A stretch of 29,942 nt of DNA. Origin: Candidatus Krumholzibacteriia bacterium. GTDB taxonomy: Bacteria > Krumholzibacteriota > Krumholzibacteriia > LZORAL124-64-63. The position numbers were made by a program, and so were the translations under genes. Positions 20,011-29,300 of the stretch are shown here, one piece after another. The notes under the pieces were generated by a model, which saw nothing but the letters and a program-made list of their open reading frames with translations, was not told the origin of the DNA and searched no databases. The stretch lies in contig JAZBOO010000235.1 of NCBI GenBank assembly GCA_036351155.1, positions 1 to 29,942 of the forward strand. Direction: 5' to 3'. The stretch's first letter is position 1. Each line of letters starts with the position of its first letter.

Positions 20011-20619
20011 TCAGAACCGCCGCAAAACTCCGACAACCACGCCCTGGACCTGGACCCGATCCTCGGGCAGGATGAGCACCGGAACAGCCGGGTTGGCCGG
20101 TTGCAGGCGAATATTGGCCCCTTCACGATGGTACTGCTTGACGGTGGCCCTTTCGCCATCGACCAGGGCGATCACGGTTTCCCCGTTCCGGGCCATATCC
20201 CGAGCTTCGACCACCACGGTGTCCCCGTCGCGGATTTGCTCATCGATCATGGAATCGCCCCGCACCCGGAGAGCAAAGGTTCGTCCTCGACCCAGCCATT
20301 CCTCAGGAAGGTTGATTTCCTCGTGGACGGTCAAGGCCTCAATGGGGAGTCCGGCCGCCACGGTGCCCAGCAGGGGAATACGCACCATTCCCGATTCGGT
20401 CGGGCGACTTTCCACCACCACCATGTCCCGGCTGGCGTTCCGACGTTCCCGGTTGAGATATCCCTTCTCCACCAGCAGCGAAACATGCTTGTGCACGGTA
20501 GCTGCGGAGGAAAGACCGAACCGATTCCCGATTTCCTTCAGGGTCGGAGCATAGCCATTCTCTTCGCTGTATTCGGTGATGAAAGCCAGGATTTGTGGCT
20601 GGCGCTTGGTCAGTCCCAT
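20011..20619 (-). CDS. lexA: SOS response repressor LexA
   Basis: LTKRQ..IL, wHTH APTLKEIG..SSAATVHKH, cleavage site VAAG, catalytic GDSM and TVK; GGAGG RBS. Confidence 0.97.
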   Translation of the reverse strand: MGLTKRQPQILAFITEYSEENGYAPTLKEIGNRFGLSSAATVHKHVSLLVEKGYLNRERRNASRDMVVVESRPTESGMVRIPLLGTVAAGLPIEALTVHEEINLPEEWLGRGRTFALRVRGDSMIDEQIRDGDTVVVEARDMARNGETVIALVDGERATVKQYHREGANIRLQPANPAVPVLILPEDRVQVQGVVVGVLRRF

Positions 20620-20675
20620 GATATTTTCTCCTCCGCTGAAACTGGGAGCTCGTCACCCCACGGACTCGGTCTGAA

Positions 20676-20713
20676 GGAAATCTAGACGAAATCCGGGCGA
20701 AAGTCCAGCGAAA
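20676..20713 (-). promoter_or_regulatory. lexA promoter (TGGACT-N17-TAGATT) overlapped by four 11-bp-periodic TTTC(G/C) direct repeats; candidate LexA operator
   Basis: Minus strand TTTCG CTGGAC TTTCG CCCGGA TTTCG TCTAGA TTTCC; -35 at 20702-20707, -10 at 20679-20684. Confidence 0.7.
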
Positions 20714-20728
20714 AAAAAGCCAATGTGA

Positions 20729-21715
20729 TCAGATGGCGAAAGGCTGCAGGTCCGGGGCCAGAGGGCGGACGGAAGCCTGGCGCAGGAAGCCCGTCAAGCA
20801 GGAGAGATCGGGAAGGGCCTGACGGCCACCCCACCCACGGCATTTCAGGGCCGCCACCCCCGCCCCCCAGCGCAGACAGGTGGGGAAGTCCTGTCCATGG
20901 GCCAGGGCCAGCGCATAACCGGCATGAAAGGCATCGCCGGCGCCGGTGGTGTCCACCACCGGCACATCATGAGCAGGGACAGCCACAGGAACCTCATCGG
21001 CCAGACCCAGAACCCCACCTTTGCCAAAAGTCATTCCCACCCGGGCCGGGCCCATTTCTTTCAAGAGTTGGAGGGCGAGGACCGGATCTTCCTCCCCGGT
21101 CAGGTCGGGGGCAAAACGACGGGATCCGATCACATCGGAACAGGTGGCCACGAGCTCCCGCGAGCCGGCACGCACCGTTCCCGCATCCAGGACAACCGGC
21201 AATCCCAGACGGCGGGCCAGCGGAGCCAGAGCCAGGGCTGCTTCAGGTTCGTGACCATCCAGGTACAGGAGATCTGTTTCCTCCAGCCAGGCCGGATCCA
21301 TCAGTGCGGCGGGAATGTGGGGCAGGTCCCCCCGGCTCCAGTAGATGGTGCGCTCCTCCGTCGCGGGATGAACCAGGATGACGGCCCTGGCGCTCTGGTA
21401 CCCGGGATATTCCGGAGCGAGTCCAAGATCCACACCCGCGGCAAGCAGTTCTTCGCGCTGGCAACGGCCCGGAAGATCGTCCGTCAGAGGAGTGACCAGA
21501 CGTACCTGAGCCCCCAGCCGGGACAGGGCCACGGCCGCTGTGGCACCCGGTCCGCCACCGCCCAGCCTGATGGCCTCGACTTCCTGCTTGGAGTCGGGGG
21601 CCGCGAGATCGTGGACGGAAAAATTGACATCGAGGGCGCTGTAGCCCACCACGAGAACGCGCGGAGCCTGGTTCATCGCGGAGCCCAGCATGGAGACCAC
21701 CTTGCCTGCGTCCAT
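20729..21715 (-). CDS. PfkB/ribokinase-family carbohydrate kinase
   Basis: GGGPGATAAVALSRLG and VVDTTGAGDAFHAG signatures; exact start uncertain. Confidence 0.92.
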   Translation of the reverse strand: MDAGKVVSMLGSAMNQAPRVLVVGYSALDVNFSVHDLAAPDSKQEVEAIRLGGGGPGATAAVALSRLGAQVRLVTPLTDDLPGRCQREELLAAGVDLGLAPEYPGYQSARAVILVHPATEERTIYWSRGDLPHIPAALMDPAWLEETDLLYLDGHEPEAALALAPLARRLGLPVVLDAGTVRAGSRELVATCSDVIGSRRFAPDLTGEEDPVLALQLLKEMGPARVGMTFGKGGVLGLADEVPVAVPAHDVPVVDTTGAGDAFHAGYALALAHGQDFPTCLRWGAGVAALKCRGWGGRQALPDLSCLTGFLRQASVRPLAPDLQPFAI

Positions 21716-21798
21716 TTCAAGTGATAGCCTCCCAGCATTCGAGGCCGGGAATACCGTTCCCGGACCTGCCCGTAATTTCCAGCTGGAGGAATCGAGTC

Positions 21799-22143
21799 AT
21801 GAGTTCCTGTCTCTTCTGCAATATTGTCGCGGGTAAAATACCATGCACCGAAGTCCATGGCGATGAGAACTTCCTGGCCTTCCGCGACATCGACCCCAAG
21901 GCCCCCACCCATATCTTGGTGATTCCCCGTCGGCATATCGCCAGCCTGGCCGATCTGCAGGACAGCGACCGCGACACCATGGGCGACCTGATGCTGGTGG
22001 GGAAAAAGATTGCCGCGGCCGAGGGTCTTCAGGAGCGCGGGTACAGGTTCGTCATCAACTGCGGTGAAGAGGGTGGTCAGACGGTGGGGCACATTCATCT
22101 GCACATACTGGGCGGCCGTTCCCTGCAGTGGCCGCCCGGCTAA
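21799..22143 (+). CDS. hinT: histidine triad nucleotide-binding protein
   Basis: CLFCNIVAGKIP, AFRDIDPKAPTHILVIP, GGQTVGHIHLHILGGRSLQWPPG; GGAGG RBS. Confidence 0.95.
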   Translation: MSSCLFCNIVAGKIPCTEVHGDENFLAFRDIDPKAPTHILVIPRRHIASLADLQDSDRDTMGDLMLVGKKIAAAEGLQERGYRFVINCGEEGGQTVGHIHLHILGGRSLQWPPG

Positions 22144-22145
22144 AC

Positions 22146-22170
22146 GGCGTGCGACCCGGGGCCGCACGCC
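22146..22170. terminator. hairpin between convergent genes (possible terminator)
   Basis: GGCGTGCG-N9-CGCACGCC; only a short T run on the minus strand. Confidence 0.45.
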
Positions 22171-22186
22171 AGAACCCGGAACGCGG

Positions 22187-22786
22187 TCAGGCCAGGTCGT
22201 AAATACCGCGGCCAGCGCTCTTGACCTTCTTGCTGGTGCTCAGGGTGCGCCGCAGAACATTGTCGAAGTTAGTGCTCTTGGAGGTGAACAACTTCCCCTT
22301 GGTGATGGCGTCCATGATGTCGCGGTAAGGAACCGCCTTGCCGGCCTTCCGAATAATACCGACCACGACATCCTCCAGGCGCACCGGGGCGGCGCCCTTC
22401 TTGGTGACTTTCTTTTTTGCCGTCTTCATGGTCGTGAGGACCTTCTTCGTAACTTTCTTCTTCGCGACCTTCTTGACGACCTTCTTGGCCACCTTCTTCG
22501 CGGGACGTTTCTTGGCAGTGGCCTTCTTGGCAGTGGCCTTCTTGGCGGTGGTTTTCTTGGCGGTGGTTTTCTTGGCGGTGGTTTTCTTGCGCCTGGCCTG
22601 AGGCCGAGAAGCGGGACTTTGCACCCCATCCACCAGACGCTTCAACTCAACGTCAATGGACTGGAGTTCCTTGCTGAGTCGGGCTTTTTCTTTTTCCAGG
22701 ATATCGATACGCTGGCGGGCTTCGAGAAGCTGCTTGAGATCGGCGGTGGAAAGTTCGTTGAGATAGCTGGCTTTGTTCCTGGCCAT
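22187..22786 (-). CDS. basic putative nucleoid-associated protein (coiled coil + histone H1-like Lys/Ala repeats + winged helix)
   Basis: ATG after AAGGAG. N-terminal heptad helix, (KKT/ATA)n region, C-terminal LEDVVVGIIRKAGKAVPYRDIMDAI...VKSAGRGIYDLA. Confidence 0.75.
   Translation of the reverse strand: MARNKASYLNELSTADLKQLLEARQRIDILEKEKARLSKELQSIDVELKRLVDGVQSPASRPQARRKKTTAKKTTAKKTTAKKATAKKATAKKRPAKKVAKKVVKKVAKKKVTKKVLTTMKTAKKKVTKKGAAPVRLEDVVVGIIRKAGKAVPYRDIMDAITKGKLFTSKSTNFDNVLRRTLSTSKKVKSAGRGIYDLA
22509..22588. repeat. five coding 15-bp tandem repeats (KKTTA/KKATA)
   Basis: ttcttggcagtggcc x2 followed by ttcttggcggtggtt x3. Confidence 0.9.
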
Positions 22787-22883
22787 GGGTGACTCCTTGG
22801 AAAAAGAAACCCGGCAGCCCGCCCCTCGATTAAACAACCCGCAGGGGTCATACAGCTCCAGATCCATTCAATACGAAGCAATC

Positions 22884-22912
22884 ACCCTAAATGTTGAAAG
22901 TATGATTGTCAA
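22884..22912 (-). promoter_or_regulatory. putative sigma70 promoter for the nucleoid protein gene
   Basis: TTGACA-N17-TAGGGT, in an AT-rich intergenic stretch. Confidence 0.65.
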
Positions 22913-22919
22913 GAATGGC

Positions 22920-24533
22920 CTAGCGGCCTCCATCCAGACGGAATCCGTCCATGTTCACACCCTGGGGAAGATAACGAATGGCATGCAGCAGACGAACCTC
23001 ATCGAAATGGATGGCGTTCTCGGGACCGTCATCCAGAATCCCGGCACTGGTAATATTCATCAGGTAAGGCCGATCCGAGCACCCCGACACATGGGAATAC
23101 AGTCCCAGGGCATGTCCCAGTTCATGGAGAGAGGTTTCCTGGATCCGCTGGGCGTTGGGGATGATGAGAGTATTGATCCTGACCTGCACCTGTTCGGGAA
23201 TCACATCTCCCAGGATAAAATCCTCCGGTCCGGAAGGCTGAAGCAGGCGGGTCTGCCCATTGACTCCGGTCCCCAGGTCCTCGAAGGTGAATCGGATTTG
23301 CGCGGCCGCCTGGTCGCTTACCTCGATCAGGTAGTCCTCCCCCATGGCCATGTTCCAGTAGTCGAGGGTGGCGCGGGCGTTCGCCCCGAAATCGAGCTGG
23401 TCACTATCGCGAACATGGTCGGGGATGTAGACTCCCACCGGGTACTCTTCCCACTTGTACAGGCTGAAGTCCTGACGCTGGGCCGTGGTGATATCGGTCT
23501 TGGTCATCTGCCGCAGGAAAGTCAGGAACTCGTTGCTGTACGTGGTGCACAGCTCATCCATGCCCGAGCGGGTCAGAAGCATCAGGTCGTTGGTATTGTC
23601 CAGGGGATCGTAGGTGATGGGGCGGGGTGCGAAATCATACCACCCGACTCCCAGAGCATTGTTACTGGCGGTGTAGACATTGACGGCATCACTGTCAAGG
23701 AAAGGGCCGATGCGGTAGAAGCCGTTCACATCCGTGTTGACCCGGCAGGAAGGGCAATCGTAGTCGATGATGATTTCCTGAAGCGGGGTTCCGTACTCAT
23801 CCGTCACGGTGCCCTCGACGAACCAGGCAAACGAGATTGTGTGCTGGTAGAATTCGGCGATGGTGGACAGCTGTCCACGGTCGTCACGTGCTCGCAAACC
23901 GACATGAAGAGTCTCGGCGGGAAGCATCCCATGTTCCTCGGCAGTGAAGAGGGCCGTGTACCCCGCCTGGCCCGGCACGTGCGGGAAAGTGCCCAGAAGA
24001 TCGGCTTCCTCCCAGTTTTCCACGGTGACCGGCCCCGCATAGCTCCCCGCCACCATGTACTCCACGATGGGGAAAGCCGACTGGGCGATCCACAACCAGT
24101 TGACCACCACGTCCATGGGTTCGCTGCCATCCATGATCTGCACACCCGGCACCGGAGGTGGCAGCAGGGAGGGACTGGGCAAAACGGTGATCAGCCAGAC
24201 CCGCTCCCGGGTCTCACCATTCAGAACAGTGCGCACCATCAGGGTGTCCTGTCCCACGGTCCCGGACTGGAACTGAAAGTTCGGCGCACTGCCCACCTCC
24301 TGCCCGTTGAGAACCCAGGTGGCCTGCACGGTTCCGGTTCCACTGGAACTCACCGAAAAATCAGCCGTGTTCGGGATCACCACATCCAGGAACTGGCGGT
24401 CCGGGATGTAGACCACCTGGCCGGCGCCACCACCCTCCGGATCGGTGGAGCTGGAACAGGCTGTCAGGCCCGAAAGCAACAAACTGCCGAGCAACAAACA
24501 GCCGAGCAGGTATCCCGTGGCACGCAGCATCAT
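22920..24533 (-). CDS. lipoprotein with C-terminal metzincin (matrixin/M10-like) zinc metalloprotease domain
   Basis: Lipobox LTA-C, beta-rich N-terminal domains, carboxypeptidase-regulatory-like VEGTVTDEYGTPL...TDVNGFY, HELGHALGLYSH and Met-turn YLMN. Confidence 0.8.
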   Translation of the reverse strand: MMLRATGYLLGCLLLGSLLLSGLTACSSSTDPEGGGAGQVVYIPDRQFLDVVIPNTADFSVSSSGTGTVQATWVLNGQEVGSAPNFQFQSGTVGQDTLMVRTVLNGETRERVWLITVLPSPSLLPPPVPGVQIMDGSEPMDVVVNWLWIAQSAFPIVEYMVAGSYAGPVTVENWEEADLLGTFPHVPGQAGYTALFTAEEHGMLPAETLHVGLRARDDRGQLSTIAEFYQHTISFAWFVEGTVTDEYGTPLQEIIIDYDCPSCRVNTDVNGFYRIGPFLDSDAVNVYTASNNALGVGWYDFAPRPITYDPLDNTNDLMLLTRSGMDELCTTYSNEFLTFLRQMTKTDITTAQRQDFSLYKWEEYPVGVYIPDHVRDSDQLDFGANARATLDYWNMAMGEDYLIEVSDQAAAQIRFTFEDLGTGVNGQTRLLQPSGPEDFILGDVIPEQVQVRINTLIIPNAQRIQETSLHELGHALGLYSHVSGCSDRPYLMNITSAGILDDGPENAIHFDEVRLLHAIRYLPQGVNMDGFRLDGGR

Positions 24534-24622
24534 CACCGAACCCTTCCATGAAAGCCTTGAGTACCTGATCAATCTAAAGAGGACCACGCCGGCGATCAAG
24601 ACCCGCAGGTCATCACTCTGTG

Positions 24623-26269
24623 CTACTGTTCCGTACGGTATTTGCGGTCTCCAGTTGCAATCCACCAGTCGCAAACATTGTTCAGAGGGGAAAGCAGATG
24701 AGGCTGGACCCCTTGCAGACGGGAGCTCACCCCCACCAGCTTTTCCGGGTAGAACAGGAAGGCGGAAGGTTGGTCCCTCAGCAGGACCTCCTGCATCTGG
24801 AGCCAGGGCACCAGGGCCTCATCACGTGAGGTCAGAGACAGAGCCAGGTCCAGCAACGAGTCCACCTGGGCATTGGCATACGCTCCCTTGTTGAATTCTC
24901 CGGTAGCTCGGGAGTGAACCACTCCCGAGGGGTCTCCGTACAGGTTCGCATTGAAGCTCCCGAAATAGCAATCGAAGTCCCCGCTGTTCAGCAACTCCAG
25001 CCCCGTGGCCAGTTCGAGCACCCGGATCTTGACCTCGACCCCCACCGCCTTGAGGTTTTCCCGGATGATGACGGCCCCGCTTTCCCGAACCGGGTCCCCC
25101 AGCTTGGTCACCATGGTGAAGCTGAAAGGCCGGCCGTCCCTTTCCAGAATGCCATCACCATCGGTATCTTTCCAGCCGGCCTGCTCCAGCAGAGTGCGCG
25201 CTCGCTGAGGGTCACAGGGATCGGCCTCGAGCTTGCTGTTGAAATTCCACATGACCGGAGCGATGGGCCCGGTGGCCGGTTCGCCGAAACCCAGCATCAA
25301 GGTGTCGATCATACGCTGCCGGTCCAGGGCCAGGGACAGAGCCCTGCGCGTATCGGGATCGGCGAAAAATGGCCGCCGCAAGTTCCAGTTGAGGTAATAG
25401 TAACGGCGCCCACCCTGGGGAACGACACGAATGTCCGGCCGGTCGGCCAGCCGCCGGGCATCGCCGGGAGTCAGGTCCGGCACCATGTCCACTTGCCCGG
25501 TTTCCAGGGCCACCACGCGCCCAGCAGGATCGGGAATCACCCGAAAAACCAGCCTCGCCAGGTGGGGTGGATCCCAGGTGTAATAGGGATTGGGAACCAG
25601 GGACATGGACTGTCCATGCTCCCACCTTTCCAGCTGGAAGGGCCCACAGGACAGCGGCGAGCGGTTCAAGGGCCAGTTCATGACCTCGGCGGGATCCAGT
25701 CCACTCAGCAGGTGAGACGGCAAGATGGCATGGAAGCTCCGCGCCACCGGGTCAGGCTGAGGATTGCCGAAAATATATTCCACCGTGAAACTGTCCAGAG
25801 CGGTGACCGACACGATGTCGCGATACTGCCCACGCCGGGGACTGGCCACACGAGGATCCAGAAAGAGTTCGCAGGTCCGGACCACATCATGAGCGGTCAA
25901 GGGTGTGCCATCGGACCAGGACCAGGGTTGCAGCCGATAGGTTATGCGCGTGCGGTCAGGACTGATCTCCCAGCTTCGGGCAATGCGGGGATTCCAGGAG
26001 AGATCCTCACCCATGTCGGCCAGGCCGTCCTGCATGAGATCCAGGATCTGGCCCGCACTGGCCGACCGCCGGATCAAGCTGTTCAGGACATCGGGATCGG
26101 ATTCCAGGGCCACCACGGCGGTGCCCCCGAATTCCGCAGTCACGGAATCCACCGGAGCGGAGTTTGGCCGGGAAGAACTGCTGGGCTGGTCCTGCCCGCA
26201 ACCCAGAACAAGAAGACACAACAACAGGGTCCCCCAACCCCACCGGGAACCCATCGCACACTCAGGCAT
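24623..26269 (-). CDS. ABC transporter substrate-binding lipoprotein, family 5 (peptide/nickel, OppA/AppA-like)
   Basis: Lipobox VLG-C, PRIARSWEISPD, WSDGTPLTAHDV, GPFQL, RRALSLALDR, GWKDTDGDGILERDG; start 26269 or 26254. Confidence 0.92.
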   Translation of the reverse strand: MPECAMGSRWGWGTLLLCLLVLGCGQDQPSSSSRPNSAPVDSVTAEFGGTAVVALESDPDVLNSLIRRSASAGQILDLMQDGLADMGEDLSWNPRIARSWEISPDRTRITYRLQPWSWSDGTPLTAHDVVRTCELFLDPRVASPRRGQYRDIVSVTALDSFTVEYIFGNPQPDPVARSFHAILPSHLLSGLDPAEVMNWPLNRSPLSCGPFQLERWEHGQSMSLVPNPYYTWDPPHLARLVFRVIPDPAGRVVALETGQVDMVPDLTPGDARRLADRPDIRVVPQGGRRYYYLNWNLRRPFFADPDTRRALSLALDRQRMIDTLMLGFGEPATGPIAPVMWNFNSKLEADPCDPQRARTLLEQAGWKDTDGDGILERDGRPFSFTMVTKLGDPVRESGAVIIRENLKAVGVEVKIRVLELATGLELLNSGDFDCYFGSFNANLYGDPSGVVHSRATGEFNKGAYANAQVDSLLDLALSLTSRDEALVPWLQMQEVLLRDQPSAFLFYPEKLVGVSSRLQGVQPHLLSPLNNVCDWWIATGDRKYRTEQ

Positions 26270-26287
26270 GACCACTCCGACTGTTGA

Positions 26288-26319
26288 GGAAAGGCGTGAC
26301 ACACAAGTCACGCCTTTCC
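26288..26319. repeat. perfect 13-bp inverted repeat (operator or hairpin)
   Basis: GGAAAGGCGTGAC-ACACAA-GTCACGCCTTTCC. Confidence 0.9.
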
Positions 26320-26348
26320 AATCTATCGGTGGTGCCAGAAACCGTCAA
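26320..26348 (-). promoter_or_regulatory. putative sigma70 promoter for the SBP gene
   Basis: TTGACG-N17-TAGATT. Confidence 0.7.
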
Positions 26349-26385
26349 TGGCCGGACGAACAAGTCGGGTCTGGCCCAGGGCGAT

Positions 26386-29300
26386 TTACTTGACCAGAGT
26401 CATCTTGTGGATGGCCGTGGACCGGGCACTGCGGGCCCGCAGGAAATACAGGCCACTGGACTGTCCTTCACCTCGGTCATTCCGTCCATCCCAGACCAGT
26501 GTGTGCCAGCCGGGTGCAATGGCACCCTGGTGCAGCATGCGTACCTTTCGTCCCTGAAGATCGTAGACCGCCAGTTCCAGCTGCCCCGCTCCCGGGCCAC
26601 CCGGAACATACAGGCGGACGCTGGTGGACGGGTTGAAGGGATTCGGGTACGGTTTCCCCACCTGGAAGGCGGTGGGCACCTGATCGGGCGTATCCTCCAC
26701 CGGCACCAGGCCAATGGGGAAGAAAACACCATCGCGCCGCATGTTCCCCTGGAAGGTTGGCCAGGGCACATTGCGCCGGTCGTATGCGAACGGCATGTCC
26801 CACACGTGGACCACCCGATCCCAGCCGCCGTAGACAATGTCCACATCCATGTCGTGATCCAGGTCGCAAATGACCGGCGAGGGCATGGCCGGTCCTGTCA
26901 GCGTGATGGGAAAACCATCGATGGGCTGTCCGTCGGCGTGGAAGGCATACAGGTTGTCCGGGGCATCTTCATTACCCCCACCGATCCCGTAAAGAATGTC
27001 GGGCATGCTGTCGCCATCGATATCCCCCAGGACGGGGCTGCCTTCGGAACTGCCCGGCAGCACCTTGGGCCAGCCTGCCATCAGGTCACCGCTGGTTCCC
27101 CCGTTCACATCGGTGTCGAAGATCAGCAAGCGGCTCTCGAGTCCGGTGACATTGACCGCGAAAACGATCTCCAGCTCACCGTCAGCATCCATGTCTCCCA
27201 GCGCCACGCTGGGCGCGGGGCTCATGGAGCCTCCAATACCGTATTGCACCGGGAAGCCCGGGTAATCGCTGCCATCCTGCTGCACGGCGTAAACACGCTG
27301 GCTCCAGTCGTAGAACACGATTTCCATGACGCCGTCATTGTTCAGATCACCCAGGGCCGGCGAGTTGTCGATCGCGCCTTCGGTGATGTACGGGAAGCCA
27401 GGAACGTCGGTTCCGTCGTACCGCAGGGCCATGAGCCGCTTAAGACCGGAGGAATCGGTCTTGGTGCCGAAGATGATATCCTGGGCACCGTCGCCGTCCA
27501 GGTCATACAGGGCCGGTGAGCAGTGAGACCACTCGGAAGAGGCCCCATCGCGTATCAGAAAAACACCGTTGGTCGCGGAGTTGTTGTCCCCGTCTCTCAG
27601 CTCGGTGCCGTCGGCGTGCCATACCCAGAGAACGCCGTTGACCGTGAGGACCACGATCTCGGGATCCCCGTCCCCATCGACATCACCCACTGCTGGAGTG
27701 GCCCAGTTCCAGTCGGTGCCGGGCAGGCCAGACAAGGTCTGGGGCCAGCCAGGCAACTCATTGCCGTCCTTGCCGAAGACATGAATGGCATCGGCGTTTC
27801 CTCTTTCACTGACCACCAGTTCCATCCCGGACTGATCGTCCAGCTGGGCCAGAGTCACACCGGAGGGCTCGAGGATGGTGGTGAGATTGGTGAACTGTCC
27901 GAGTGTCTGGGAATCGGCGTCCCCATCCAGCAACTCGGACCCGTCGTGATGCCAGATGTAGACTTCGTCGCTGGCCAGAACGATTTCCTCGTCACCATCG
28001 CCGTCCACATCTCCCACGGCCAGGTGGCCACTGGTCTCGTTGAGGAAGGGCACGGGAAACCCGCCATTTTCCGCAGGGGCCGTGGACTGAGCCACCATGA
28101 AGGAGGGCTCGCTGGCCACCAAAGTGGAGTCAACCGAGGCCACACGATAGAAATACCGGGTCAACAGGTTCAGACCTTCATCCCGGTAGTAGGATACCCC
28201 TTGCACCAGATCGGTGTTGATCTGCAGGAAGGGACCACCCTCCACCGGACTGCGATAGACATGGTATCCACGGACATCTGGACTCGAACTGGGTGACCAG
28301 CGCAGGGCAATCACATCGGCACCCAGCGAGGTATCGGTTTCGATGATCTCGGGAGCAGCAGGGCGCTGCAGGTAAAAGTCGTGGACAATGGTGCGCCCGT
28401 AAGAGTCTTCCAGGACAATCCGGCTTTCACTCTTGCGGGTGTTGTCGTTCAGCAACAGACTGAAGGAAGTGGCCGACATTCCCGTTTCCATCAGTTCCAG
28501 TGCATCGAATGAACTCAGGGAGTCGAACACCGCCACGTTGGAATTGTCCGTTCGCAAAACGGCACTCAGGGGGCTGCTGGTCCCGGCTCCGAAATTCTTG
28601 ACGGCCACCGAAAGCACGACCCGTTCGCCGCTGTCCAGGACACCGTCCCCGTTACCGTAAGTGTCATCTTCCCAGGTCAAGCTGACGACCTCGTTCTCGG
28701 GGGCCTTGACCACCGTTTCCCAGCGGGAAATATTCGGGCCGCCGCCGTCGTGAGTCGTGCTGACATCAAAGGTCACCGGATGACCATCGGGCAGGGCACT
28801 ATCGAGCAGGACAATCAACGGCTGGGAGCCCTGGGTGGTTCCCCCGCCCAGCACCGGCGCAAAGTCCATTTCTCCATCGACGATCTCCACCAGCGGATCT
28901 TCACAGCTGAATACCGCATCAATGCCGCCAGTGCCGGCTCCGGCGGTTTCCTGCAGCGTGGGCCACAGGGCCACCACCTCTCCCGCCTCCATCACGCCAT
29001 TACCGTTTCCGGAACTGCCGAACCCGCCATCATCCTGAACAATCATGCCCGAGGCCACCAGGAAGGTCTGCCCGTCGTTAACAGGAACCGCACGGCTCTG
29101 GAAAGCCAGATTCCGTCCGGTCACGGTCATGGTCACTTCGCCCTCTCCGGCGACCAGATAATCCAGGGTGGCCTGACCGTTGACATCGGTCACTCCGACG
29201 GCAAGGTCTTCACCGGCGCGGGAAAGTGAAATAATTGCGTCTCTCACCGGCATCACACCCTGGCTGACCGACACGACGAAGCTGTTGGGGCCGAGCTGCA

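Noticed and set aside
18985..20619. Prophage or mobile element signalled by an S24 repressor plus PolY
   Set aside because: The repressor is a canonical LexA, the flanks are housekeeping genes, and no integrase, att sites or phage genes are visible.
21745..21763. 7-bp inverted repeat CCGGGAA-N5-TTCCCGG in the divergent pfkB/hinT gap
   Set aside because: Short and GC-rich; plausible by chance, with no second instance noticed.
22509..22588. 15-bp tandem repeats as a CRISPR array or VNTR element
   Set aside because: No spacers; they are in-frame codons for KKTTA/KKATA inside a protein.
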